DNA of 20,000 bases from an uncultured virus (IMG/VR IMGVR_UViG_3300031942_000002) (IMGVR_UViG_3300031942_000002), one strand, 5' to 3'. Shown: positions 1 through 7,835, counted from the stretch's first letter. Notes: generated by a model from the sequence alone, not told the origin. Made by a program: numbers and translations.

Positions 1-6
1 CAACCG

Positions 7-129
7 ATGAGGCGGCTACTCATGGCCCTGGTGGCGATGCTGGTTTTTTTAACCGGCTGCGCCGACTCTGGCGGGACCAGCGGGGCGGCGCCGATCTACG
101 CCACCTGCATCGATAAGCCTGCGCACTGA
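7..129 (+). CDS. small lipoprotein (40 aa), not in ORF track
   Basis: Manual translation MRRLLMALVAMLVFLTG|CADSGGTSGAAPIYATCIDKPAH: basic N-terminus, hydrophobic core, lipobox LTGC; its TGA overlaps the next ATG at 129. Confidence 0.7.
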   Translation: MRRLLMALVAMLVFLTGCADSGGTSGAAPIYATCIDKPAH

Positions 130-374
130 TGGCCGACGACGACGAGCGGCCGCCCTGGATCCACGACGAGGCCGAGATCCAACGGCTGGCCGCCGACCTG
201 GCCAGCGCCCGCGCCGTCTCGACACTGGCCATGGTCAGCGCGCTGCACCAGCTGGCCGAGCGCTGGGAGATGGAAGGGGCCGCCGACGTCTATCTGCGCG
301 GTGACTCCTGGTGTCACGCGATGGACACGTGTGCCGAAGAACTGCGCGAGCTGCTGCGCGAACATCGACAATAA
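129..374 (+). CDS. hypothetical phage protein (81 aa)
   Basis: TGATG coupling to upstream gene; GC3-rich codons; helical-looking composition. Confidence 0.75.
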   Translation: MADDDERPPWIHDEAEIQRLAADLASARAVSTLAMVSALHQLAERWEMEGAADVYLRGDSWCHAMDTCAEELRELLREHRQ

Positions 375-379
375 AAGGT

Positions 380-457
380 GTGAACCACCACCTGTTCGTG
401 GGTCTGCTGGTGGTGGTTCTCCTCGTGCTGGCGCTGTGGTTGCTGTGGCACGGGTGA
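380..457 (+). CDS. single-TM micropeptide (25 aa)
   Basis: GTG start; MNHHLFVGLLVVVLLVLALWLLWHG; stop overlaps next GTG (GTGA). Confidence 0.55.
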   Translation: MNHHLFVGLLVVVLLVLALWLLWHG

Positions 458-540
458 GTGTGGACGACGACCTGATTTGGTTTCTGATCGCCGTGCTGCT
501 GGTGACGATGGGCATCGCGATCGGGATGCTGGTGCTCTGA
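454..540 (+). CDS. single-TM micropeptide (28 aa)
   Basis: GTGA overlap; MSVDDDLIWFLIAVLLVTMGIAIGMLVL (3' part of ORF 301..540). Confidence 0.55.
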   Translation: MSVDDDLIWFLIAVLLVTMGIAIGMLVL

Positions 541-543
541 GGG

Positions 544-560
544 GTTAACCTACTGGGTAA
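544..560. promoter_or_regulatory. operator-like site GTTAACCTACTGGGTAA
   Basis: 15/17 identical to the reverse complement of 11322-11338; arms also shared with 8747-8762. Confidence 0.55.
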
Positions 561-565
561 GTTTT

Positions 566-574
566 TGCTACAAT
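566..574 (+). promoter_or_regulatory. extended -10 promoter TGC-TACAAT, probably leaderless
   Basis: TGn-TANNNT, then exactly 6 nt, then ATG 581; no SD. Confidence 0.65.
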
Positions 575-580
575 GGGCCC

Positions 581-817
581 ATGACACACATTCATATCCC
601 CTTGCGCGTCTCGGCGCTGCTGGCCTTATTGGCAGCGGTGGCTTCGGGCGTGATCCTGGGCGTCCAGCTGGCGCCGCCCGCCAACGCGTGCGACCCCGGC
701 AACTGGTATGACCCCACCCACCAGGTCTGCGCCCCGTACCCGCCCGCCTACCCGCCGACCAACTACCCGGCGCCGCCCAACAACCCCTACCCGCCCAGTC
801 AGTGGGGGCAGCAATGA
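581..817 (+). CDS. secreted Pro/Tyr-rich small protein with one Cys pair
   Basis: Signal peptide ending PPANA|C; CDPGNWYDPTHQVC; PYPP/YP-rich tail. Confidence 0.75.
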   Translation: MTHIHIPLRVSALLALLAAVASGVILGVQLAPPANACDPGNWYDPTHQVCAPYPPAYPPTNYPAPPNNPYPPSQWGQQ

Positions 818-1047
818 GCGACAAGCCGGGTTTCATGACCAAAGAGATCCCGTTCATCCGCGAGGGCGCCGGGCGCTATCGGTCCAGGGCCTACTGGGGC
901 TTCGCCAAGCTGGATCACACCTACGCCATCGAGCGCTTCGGCACGCAGTGGTCGCTGAGCGTGGACGCGGCCTATCCCAAGCAGTTCCTGTTCGCCACCA
1001 AACGCGACGCCGTCAAAGCCGCCACCGAGTACGAGGAGGCGCACTGA
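814..1047 (+). CDS. hypothetical phage protein (77 aa)
   Basis: ATGA overlap at 814; MSDKPGF...FATKRDAVKAA. Confidence 0.75.
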   Translation: MSDKPGFMTKEIPFIREGAGRYRSRAYWGFAKLDHTYAIERFGTQWSLSVDAAYPKQFLFATKRDAVKAATEYEEAH

Positions 1048-1274
1048 TGACCGACGAGGAGTGGTTCCACAACCCGAATTCGGTGCTGATGTTCGGCGGT
1101 GTCCTGGTGCGTGCCGACCATCTCGACACCGCTAAAGACCTGCTCTACTACTTCGAGAAACCCTGGAAGTGGACGACCGAGCACGCGTTGTGGGAGGGCT
1201 GCAACCGGCCGGATCTCGACGAGGACGGCTGGGACTGGTTTCTGCGCAAGCTGGAAGAGTTGGTGGGCTTATGA
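1047..1274 (+). CDS. hypothetical phage protein (75 aa, YFEKPWKW motif)
   Basis: TGATG overlap; 3' part of ORF 708..1274. Confidence 0.75.
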   Translation: MTDEEWFHNPNSVLMFGGVLVRADHLDTAKDLLYYFEKPWKWTTEHALWEGCNRPDLDEDGWDWFLRKLEELVGL

Positions 1275-2257
1275 GTGCTCCGATGCCGGTGTTGCGCGCG
1301 CTGATGGGCGGCGCCAAGATCTGGCCGCTGGCTCGCGCGTTGTACGAGGCTACCGAGGCCGACGGCTTCGGTGGGTATACCACGCCGTGGGGGCTTTACC
1401 AGGACGAGTCGATCGCGCTGAAAGAAGACCTCCGGTTGAGCTTTCTGCGCGAAATCACCGCCTGCGTGCCGTTCGACGTCCAGCTGGCCCACGACCTTTT
1501 CTGGGACCGCTTCGATAGCATCGCCTGCCGCCGTGAGGAGAACTTCGGGTCGCTGCGCATGCCCTACCCGCACATGTGGATGGAGTGGGATCCCGCGCAC
1601 CCGTCCGACAACAACATCTTCCAGGGGATGATGCTGACCGAGTGCGAGCCCGACGAACACGCCCCGGCATCCGGCAGGAAGATGGCGGCAAGCCGCATCC
1701 AGATGACGCTGTTCATGCACCCGGTCCAGCACCCCGACGTGGTGCTGTTCGACGAGATCCTGCACGACATGTACTTGGACGAGAACGGCCGCTACACCTA
1801 CAGCGCGCAGATCGAAGTGCCCGACAACCTGGCCGACCGGCCGGATCTGGTCACGACGGCCCAGGAACTGATGCGCACTGCGGAGTTCACCGCCAGCCAG
1901 GCGCTGCACCTGATGAACTGCCGCAACGTGACCACCGAGAAGGCGGGGGTGGTGCCGATGCGCCGCAGTGGTCGGGCCAAGCGGACGGGCGCCAAGCCGG
2001 TGGAATACCACCACATCAAGCTGCCCGGCATGCCCAAGCTGACCGGGATCAGTCGCCGCGACCGGGAGGCGTATCAGGCCGCGATGCGGCTGCACAAGGT
2101 GAAAGGCCACTACAAACACTTCGGGCCCGAGTTCGGCACCGGGCTGCTGTTCGGGAGGCTTGCTGGGACATTCTGGTGGGGCTGGCAGGAGCGTGGCGAC
2201 ATCAACGAGGGTGTCATCTTCTCCGACTACGAGCTGGCACGGGGAGATGAGTCATGA
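1271..2257 (+). CDS. unknown HxVxGH(Y/F)K-motif protein, paralog A (328 aa)
   Basis: ATGA overlap; shares PYPxMWxEW, NCRNVTT, YHxIxLPG, HKVKGHYK, WWGWQxRG, SDYE with 2571..3614. Confidence 0.85.
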   Translation: MSAPMPVLRALMGGAKIWPLARALYEATEADGFGGYTTPWGLYQDESIALKEDLRLSFLREITACVPFDVQLAHDLFWDRFDSIACRREENFGSLRMPYPHMWMEWDPAHPSDNNIFQGMMLTECEPDEHAPASGRKMAASRIQMTLFMHPVQHPDVVLFDEILHDMYLDENGRYTYSAQIEVPDNLADRPDLVTTAQELMRTAEFTASQALHLMNCRNVTTEKAGVVPMRRSGRAKRTGAKPVEYHHIKLPGMPKLTGISRRDREAYQAAMRLHKVKGHYKHFGPEFGTGLLFGRLAGTFWWGWQERGDINEGVIFSDYELARGDES

Positions 2258-2574
2258 TGCAGGGAGACATTCGCTACGAGACCGACGAGACCCATTGGGA
2301 GATCTATTGGGACGGCGACATCATGATCGACTGCCCGGTGGTGTACTTTCACGCCACCTTCCTCGCTGACCCGCCGCCCTGGTGGACGGTGATCTTCCCC
2401 GAGCGACCGGCCGACGCACAGGAGGGCGACGAGGTCGATGTTACCGGCACGCTGCTCAAGCTGCCGCCCGCTCCCGATCCTGATCCTGACTACGTCTTTA
2501 CCGGGCGTGTATGGCGGCTGACCGGGCGCATGGACCCCATCTACGGCGGATACGAAGGGAGGTGGCCGGATTGA
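2254..2574 (+). CDS. hypothetical acidic protein (106 aa)
   Basis: ATGA overlap, GGAG SD upstream; lies between the two paralogs. Confidence 0.75.
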   Translation: MMQGDIRYETDETHWEIYWDGDIMIDCPVVYFHATFLADPPPWWTVIFPERPADAQEGDEVDVTGTLLKLPPAPDPDPDYVFTGRVWRLTGRMDPIYGGYEGRWPD

Positions 2575-3614
2575 GCGCCGGTAAATTCCCGATCGCCAAC
2601 CTGCTCAAGTCGGGCGCCCCCATCCGCTCGCTGGATGGCCACGGGCTGGACATGGTCAACCAGGACAACGTGCGCACCCACCTGCTGGGCGATCGGGTGG
2701 CGTTCTTCGAGCTGTCGGTGGCCGCCGACCTGTACTGGCTGGGCAAGCAGGACTACTACCGGCTGGACTCCGACTTCGGGCCGATGCGCCCGCCATACCC
2801 CGCCATGTGGTGCGAGTGGGAAGTCCCCGACAAGGTGCTGATCCACGGCAAGTGGTGGGACATGGAAGCCAGGGCCCGGTTCGGCGCCCTGGTGATCAGT
2901 GACACCATCAACACCGCCGACCTCGACGAGGAGCAGCTGCGCGGCTCGATCACCGGCTTCGCCCAGATGTATCCCAAGTACTTCAAGCGCAACCCCGAGA
3001 CCAACCTGGATGACATGATCCGCGATGCGGATGCGTTCAAGGCACTGCGCGACGAGTTGCGCGCCGATGCCCGCGAGATGATCGCCGTGCAGGTGATCAT
3101 GTACATCCTCGACGCGAATGACGGCGTGGTCTTTCTGCCCTACGCCCGCCAGATCGGGCTGAACCCCGACGGACTGTTCAATCACTTCATCTCCGACATG
3201 GTCCCGACGTCCCAGGTGCCCGAGGAGACCCTGCACGCCGCCAAGGAGATCGGGGACGCCAACCCGGTGTGGCTGGCGCTGAATTTGATCAACTGTCGCA
3301 ACGTGACCACTCGCGAGCAGGGCAGCGTCTTTGCGCGCAGCACCCGGGAGAAGCGCCAGCGGGTGCCGATCACCCGCTATCACACCATCGAGCTGCCCGG
3401 TACCGCCGGTCGCGAACTGCGCCACGGTCGGCGCCGCCGGTCCCCGGCCGAGGAGTACGTGATGAGCCAGCACCGGGTGCGCGGGCATTTCAAGACGTTC
3501 ACCGCCGAGGCGCCGCTGCTGGGCAAGCACGTCGGCACCTATTGGTGGGGCTGGCAGGTGCGGGGCTCCAAGGACGCCGGTGAGGTCATCAGCGACTACG
3601 AGATCGGGGCATGA
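2571..3614 (+). CDS. unknown HxVxGH(Y/F)K-motif protein, paralog B (347 aa)
   Basis: TTG start in TTGA overlap with GGGAGG SD; same motif series as paralog A (HRVRGHFK). Confidence 0.85.
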   Translation: MSAGKFPIANLLKSGAPIRSLDGHGLDMVNQDNVRTHLLGDRVAFFELSVAADLYWLGKQDYYRLDSDFGPMRPPYPAMWCEWEVPDKVLIHGKWWDMEARARFGALVISDTINTADLDEEQLRGSITGFAQMYPKYFKRNPETNLDDMIRDADAFKALRDELRADAREMIAVQVIMYILDANDGVVFLPYARQIGLNPDGLFNHFISDMVPTSQVPEETLHAAKEIGDANPVWLALNLINCRNVTTREQGSVFARSTREKRQRVPITRYHTIELPGTAGRELRHGRRRRSPAEEYVMSQHRVRGHFKTFTAEAPLLGKHVGTYWWGWQVRGSKDAGEVISDYEIGA

Positions 3615-3934
3615 TGAGTGACCATTATGTGCGTCATTTGATTCGATCGGGTGACCACGTTCGCACCGAGTACGAGTGCCGTGCCCCAGAGGGGGCGGCG
3701 TGCCGGTTGGCCTGCGATAGCTGTATCCGCGCCCAGTACGAGCAGTGTGAGTGTGGCAGTCGGGACGGCTGGACCGATCAAGGCCAATGCATGCAGATGC
3801 CCTGGCTGACCGAGGACGCCCCCGAGGAGTGCTACGACGGCGACGAGCAGCCGGTGCGCGGACCTGGTTGGCAAGCGATCATCTTGGAATGGAACGGCGA
3901 CAACTACAGCTGGCATTACGAAGAGGTGGCCTGA
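3611..3934 (+). CDS. Cys-rich putative metal-binding protein (107 aa)
   Basis: ATGA overlap; ECRAPEGAACRLACDSC...CEC...C...C. Confidence 0.75.
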   Translation: MMSDHYVRHLIRSGDHVRTEYECRAPEGAACRLACDSCIRAQYEQCECGSRDGWTDQGQCMQMPWLTEDAPEECYDGDEQPVRGPGWQAIILEWNGDNYSWHYEEVA

Positions 3935-4032
3935 TGCAGCTGATTCCGACCTACATGAGTAAGGACGAGTTCCTGGTGATTGGTGGGGGAATGGGACGAA
4001 CCCGGTGTGTCGCTTCCCTAATCTTCCTCTAA
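3934..4032 (+). CDS. possible 32-aa peptide
   Basis: TGATG coupling, but its 3' end runs into the promoter region; may not be real. Confidence 0.3.
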   Translation: MQLIPTYMSKDEFLVIGGGMGRTRCVASLIFL

Positions 4033-4044
4033 CTTTGCTACAAT
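4013..4044 (+). promoter_or_regulatory. promoter: two CTAAYYT repeats 11 bp apart plus extended -10 TGC-TACAAT (leaderless)
   Basis: 4013-4045 is 23/33 identical to 13083-13115 without gaps; 6 nt from -10 to ATG 4051. Confidence 0.65.
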
Positions 4045-4050
4045 GAGGTC

Positions 4051-4398
4051 ATGACACACACCGAACAGCTCCGCGAACCGGAGCATCTGACCGAAGACGA
4101 AATCAAAGAGATTGCCCTGAAACTGGTGGGGGGCAGTCTGTTCGTCGCCACTCAGGCGCCGCCGGAGATGATGACCTCCATCTTTCTGCCGGTGGCCCTG
4201 GACGGGCTGGCGGGCATTGACGTCGACAAGATCGGCAACATCGTCGAAGACCTGAGCAAGGCCGGGCATTGGGCGATCAACGGCTACCCGACGTTCCTCA
4301 GCTGCCAGGTGATCCACGTCGAGGACTGGATCACTATCGTGGAGAAGGCCGAGGCCGCGCGCGCCGCCGTGCTCGATGCGGTCGAAGGTCAGTCGTGA
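4051..4398 (+). CDS. hypothetical phage protein (115 aa)
   Basis: Clean ORF directly after promoter; AINGYPTFLSC motif. Confidence 0.8.
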   Translation: MTHTEQLREPEHLTEDEIKEIALKLVGGSLFVATQAPPEMMTSIFLPVALDGLAGIDVDKIGNIVEDLSKAGHWAINGYPTFLSCQVIHVEDWITIVEKAEAARAAVLDAVEGQS

Positions 4399-4583
4399 GT
4401 GGTGAGCACTGTCCTTTGGTGCGGCGGGCTTGCCCCTACGATGAGCCGGTATGCGGGATCTGTTCCTATGCCGAGGATGAGATCTTCGCGCAGGGTGGGG
4501 TGGTGGGCGTCCTGAAGCTGCTACTGGTCACCGTGCCCCAGCTGGATCCCGTCATCCGCCAGATGCAATGGGAGACGACATGA
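4395..4583 (+). CDS. small Cys4 protein (62 aa)
   Basis: GTGA overlap; MSGEHCPLVRRACPYDEPVCGICS... Confidence 0.65.
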   Translation: MSGEHCPLVRRACPYDEPVCGICSYAEDEIFAQGGVVGVLKLLLVTVPQLDPVIRQMQWETT

Positions 4584-5365
4584 GCAACCTGCTGGTTGTG
4601 GATTTCGATTTTTTCTTCATGAATCCGCTGGAAGCCGCCGACACCAGCGTGGATCAGCGCTGGTTCTGGAAGTTCGACTGGGGCCACTCGGAGAGCCAGG
4701 CCATCTTCCTCAACGTGGTGTGGCCGATGCGCGCGGGCAGCTTCCTCAAAGACGGCTATCCGCTGCCCGGGGTGGACGTACCGGAGGGGTTCTGGGATCG
4801 ATTCACCTTCACCGAGGACGCGGTGGGTGAGGTCAGCGACTCCAACATGTACTCCGGCATCGCCGCGAACGAGCGCGAGTTCGAGCACGTCTGGCTGTTC
4901 GACGCCCATCACGACATGTACGGGATCGAGACCAAAGAACAGCTGGCCGAGTTCGCCCGCACCAACACGGTCACCTGTGAGAACTGGATGTTCGTGCACT
5001 ACCTGAAGGGCTCCAAGCTGCACTGGCGCTACCCGCGTTGGAATAAGGCAGCCGGGCAGCACTACCGGCCCGAGGCCAAGAGGTGGGGCTGCGACGCCCG
5101 CAAGGATGACGGCGCCAAGTTCGACGCCAAGAACATGGTGTTCGATGCCGTCTCGGTGTGCCGGTCCGGTGCCTGGGTGCCGCCCTGGTGTGACGAGGAC
5201 TTCAAGGAGTTCCTCGACGCCTGCCCGGTGCCGCTGATCGACGTGGAGGGCTTGCCGGTGGTCCGCGAGTGGGATCAGGCAGCGGCCACCTCGATGGCCG
5301 TGCAGCTGGACCTGTTGGAGCAGCAGGCCCGCGAAAAGGCGGAAGCGGGGCGGATCAATGGGTGA
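4580..5365 (+). CDS. arginase/deacetylase (ureohydrolase)-fold metalloprotein, UPF0489-like, permuted motif order
   Basis: N-terminal LVVDFDFF, central WLFDAHHD, VTCENW, C-terminal VCRSGAWVPP; ATGA overlap. Confidence 0.6.
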   Translation: MSNLLVVDFDFFFMNPLEAADTSVDQRWFWKFDWGHSESQAIFLNVVWPMRAGSFLKDGYPLPGVDVPEGFWDRFTFTEDAVGEVSDSNMYSGIAANEREFEHVWLFDAHHDMYGIETKEQLAEFARTNTVTCENWMFVHYLKGSKLHWRYPRWNKAAGQHYRPEAKRWGCDARKDDGAKFDAKNMVFDAVSVCRSGAWVPPWCDEDFKEFLDACPVPLIDVEGLPVVREWDQAAATSMAVQLDLLEQQAREKAEAGRING

Positions 5366-5663
5366 CACCGACGACTTCGACGTCGACACCCCCTATCTGA
5401 GGATGCGTCTCGACTTCCTCGTCCCGGGCCCGCAGGTGACGTCCGAGGAGAAGAGATGGCTGACCCAGCTGTGCAACGTCGTCGAGCAGATCGGGCTGAA
5501 GATCTTCGAGTCCCGCGATCCCGATGGTTACGCGCTGTGGGAGGCCAACCACCCTGGTGATGATGACGATGACGATGACAACGACGGGGAAGATGACGAC
5601 GAGGACGAGGAGGACGAGCCGATGGAGGCTAAGGTGATTCCATTCCGAAAGAGTGGGTCATGA
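5358..5663 (+). CDS. hypothetical protein with poly-acidic tract (101 aa)
   Basis: Overlaps neighbours; DDDDDDDNDGEDDDEDEEDE tract. Confidence 0.7.
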   Translation: MGDTDDFDVDTPYLRMRLDFLVPGPQVTSEEKRWLTQLCNVVEQIGLKIFESRDPDGYALWEANHPGDDDDDDDNDGEDDDEDEEDEPMEAKVIPFRKSGS

Positions 5664-6028
5664 GCACCCAGGTCAGCATCGACGTCGACTGCCCGAACTG
5701 CCAGCGGCAGTTGACCATCCACCTGGACCGCCCGGCTCAGGTAAAGGTGGCGGCGGTGTCCTACCGGCACGACACCACGCACACCGGCCACGATCAGTTC
5801 AACCCGTCACGCTTCGCCCGGGTGCTGATCCGCGAGCGCACCAAGCAGTCGATGGGCCGGATGGTGTTGCACCAGCGCAGCGGGGTGACCTATCCCTATC
5901 TCTCCGAGATCGAGCTGGGGCACAAATACCCCAAGGAGGAGACCATCACCAAGCTGGCCAACGCGCTGGGCCTGACCACCGACCAGCTGCTGGGATTGGT
6001 GGCTGCGGAGGACGACGCGGAGTCGTGA
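5660..6028 (+). CDS. XRE/Cro-family HTH regulator with N-terminal CxxC
   Basis: CPNC near N-terminus; C-terminal SGVTYPYLSEIELGHKYPKEETITKLANALG matches HTH_XRE pattern. Confidence 0.8.
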   Translation: MSTQVSIDVDCPNCQRQLTIHLDRPAQVKVAAVSYRHDTTHTGHDQFNPSRFARVLIRERTKQSMGRMVLHQRSGVTYPYLSEIELGHKYPKEETITKLANALGLTTDQLLGLVAAEDDAES

Positions 6029-6198
6029 TGGCGGGTCACAACTGTCCGGTCAACCCGCGCTTCCGCTGTCCCTATCCGACGGTGTGCAAGAAGACCTGCT
6101 CCGACAGCTGGGACGGCCAGCACGGCTTCGAGAAGAGCGGCGATGTCTGGGTGTGGTCCGGTCCGACATTTGAGGTGCCCTACAAGGAGATGCCATGA
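6028..6198 (+). CDS. small Cys4 protein (56 aa)
   Basis: TGATG overlap; MAGHNCPVNPRFRCPYPTVCKKTCS... Confidence 0.65.
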   Translation: MAGHNCPVNPRFRCPYPTVCKKTCSDSWDGQHGFEKSGDVWVWSGPTFEVPYKEMP

Positions 6199-6317
6199 GC
6201 GGAGTTTTTGAAGCCAGTTACCACGGCATCTGTGAGGCATGCGGTGAAGAGATCGAAGAAGGGGATCGGGTGCGCTACACCGATGACGACGAGCTGATTC
6301 ACGAGGAGTGCTCGTGA
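6195..6317 (+). CDS. PARP-type/treble-clef-like zinc-finger micro-protein (40 aa), not in ORF track
   Basis: MSGVFEASYHGICEACGEEIEEGDRVRYTDDDELIHEECS: CxxC...HxxC; ATGA and GTGA overlaps at both ends. Confidence 0.7.
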   Translation: MSGVFEASYHGICEACGEEIEEGDRVRYTDDDELIHEECS

Positions 6318-6535
6318 CCTACGTGCATATGTCCAACCGGGACAAGGAAGCCAAGTTCCGCAGTGCGCTGACCAGGATGGCGCTGGCCCGTGACGAGATC
6401 GAATACCTGTCTTCAGGCGGGCTGTGCGACGCCGGATACGTGCTGGCAGCCCTGGACACCGCCATCGGTCAGTTCACCGCCCTGCGGGCCGTTGCGGCCG
6501 CGCAATACGGCTTCCGGATCAAGGCGGGGGTGTGA
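6314..6535 (+). CDS. hypothetical protein (73 aa)
   Basis: GTGA overlap; helical composition. Confidence 0.7.
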   Translation: MTYVHMSNRDKEAKFRSALTRMALARDEIEYLSSGGLCDAGYVLAALDTAIGQFTALRAVAAAQYGFRIKAGV

Positions 6536-6723
6536 TGGCCGACGATGAAAAGCTGCCCATGGTCGACAAGGATCGGCTGGCCGCACTGCAGCGCAATCTA
6601 CGGGACGGCATGGAGGCTACCCGTCAGGCTGATCCGGAGGGTTCGACGGCGTCGGAGTGGTTCCTCCTGGGCAATATGTTCGCGGTCCTCGACGCGCTGC
6701 TGACCGAGCTGATCAAGGCATGA
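6535..6723 (+). CDS. hypothetical protein (62 aa)
   Basis: TGATG overlap; MADDEKLPMVDKDRL... Confidence 0.7.
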   Translation: MADDEKLPMVDKDRLAALQRNLRDGMEATRQADPEGSTASEWFLLGNMFAVLDALLTELIKA

Positions 6724-7238
6724 GCCAGCACCGCAGCACGCTGATCGAGCTGATCCGCACCGAGGTGGCTGGGCCCGAGACCGCCGACTGGGCCGACCTG
6801 GATCTGCGCCATCTGCTGTGCACCGGGCGCCGTCTGCGCACCGCTGCCCTGGTGCTGGCCGAGTGGATCGAGCTGCATGTCACCGAGATCCCGTCCGCGA
6901 TCGTGTGCCCTTTCGACGACGAGATGCTGGGTCATGTGGTGGTGAGCCGGGCGATGACGAGCATGAAATGGATCAGCGTCACCGACGGCGCCACCACCGG
7001 CGGTGATCTGACCGAGCAGGACGCCACCATCATTCTGGCGGGCATGGTCACCACCGGCGGCTCGGTGCGCTACGTGTACGACATGGTCGTCGAGGCGGGC
7101 GCCAGCGTGCTGGCCATCATCGCGCTGATCGACCGGGCCGGGATCGCCCAAGGCTTCTTCGAGTCGATCGGGGTGGACTACTGGCCGGTGCTGACACACT
7201 ACGATCTGGACCTGCCCCCGCTGGTGCGGGGGGATTGA
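6720..7238 (+). CDS. degenerate type I phosphoribosyltransferase (PyrE/OPRTase-like)
   Basis: IILAGMVTTGGSV...EAGASVLAIIALIDR...DLDL resembles the OPRTase C-terminal half; PRPP-loop acidic pair replaced by AG. Confidence 0.7.
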   Translation: MSQHRSTLIELIRTEVAGPETADWADLDLRHLLCTGRRLRTAALVLAEWIELHVTEIPSAIVCPFDDEMLGHVVVSRAMTSMKWISVTDGATTGGDLTEQDATIILAGMVTTGGSVRYVYDMVVEAGASVLAIIALIDRAGIAQGFFESIGVDYWPVLTHYDLDLPPLVRGD

Positions 7239-7317
7239 GGACCGTAGGTGGAAGGTGTGAAGTGCCCGGCGTGGATAGGAATAAGGTGAAAGTGGCACTG
7301 TAGAGGGAGGACGCCCG

Positions 7318-7644
7318 GTGCGCCGCGACGAGTTCTTGGCCGGGGGACCGATGGTGCGGGGACGCTGGTCGGCCGTCGCGTGCCTGTGGTGGTCGGGTTA
7401 TCTGGTCGGGCGCACCCAGCCGGTCTATGACCTGTGGAAGGTTGACAACAACACCGTCTGGGACTGGATCAGCGTCGGCCTCGGGATGATTGCTCTCGTC
7501 TTCGGGTTGATCTTCCTGGACCAGTACGGCCGCAACTGTTGGTTCAGCTGGACGTTCGACGACGTCAAATGGGACGGGCGGTTCACCCGCGACGAGGTGA
7601 AGAGGCATGGATGGATACCCTGGCGTCATTCCTCAGTGCGATAG
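7318..7644 (+). CDS. membrane protein (about 2 TM)
   Basis: GGAGG SD; hydrophobic segments, e.g. WISVGLGMIALVFGLIFL. Confidence 0.65.
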   Translation: MRRDEFLAGGPMVRGRWSAVACLWWSGYLVGRTQPVYDLWKVDNNTVWDWISVGLGMIALVFGLIFLDQYGRNCWFSWTFDDVKWDGRFTRDEVKRHGWIPWRHSSVR

Positions 7645-7835
7645 GGTCCTCGGCGGTCGCCACCATCGTCACCATGCTGTTCACCACGGCGTTTTCCCGT
7701 GCCACCCCCGACGAGTCGGGGGACAACAAGGAACGCGACCGGCTACAGGACGAGGTGGTCTGGCTGCGAGGCCAGCTGGACGACCAGCTGGACGACGATG
7801 ATAAGAACACCCCCAAGAAGACGGAGACATCATGA
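7611..7835 (+). CDS. N-terminal TM plus short coiled-coil protein (74 aa)
   Basis: MDTLASFLSAIGSSAVATIVTMLF...ERDRLQDEVVWLRGQLD. Confidence 0.6.
   Translation: MDTLASFLSAIGSSAVATIVTMLFTTAFSRATPDESGDNKERDRLQDEVVWLRGQLDDQLDDDDKNTPKKTETS

Noticed and set aside
5557..5618. GAY/GAR trinucleotide run as a DNA repeat element
   Set aside because: Explained by coding for a poly-Asp/Glu tract
6720..7238. Functional pyrE
   Set aside because: Lacks the acidic PRPP pair and basic catalytic loop; symbol withheld
7252..7294. Imperfect direct repeat AAGGTGTGAAGTG / AAGGTGAAAGTG in an intergenic gap
   Set aside because: Only two short degenerate copies; not seen elsewhere in the window
7318..7835. Holin/lysis cassette
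   Set aside because: TM proteins present but no endolysin adjacent
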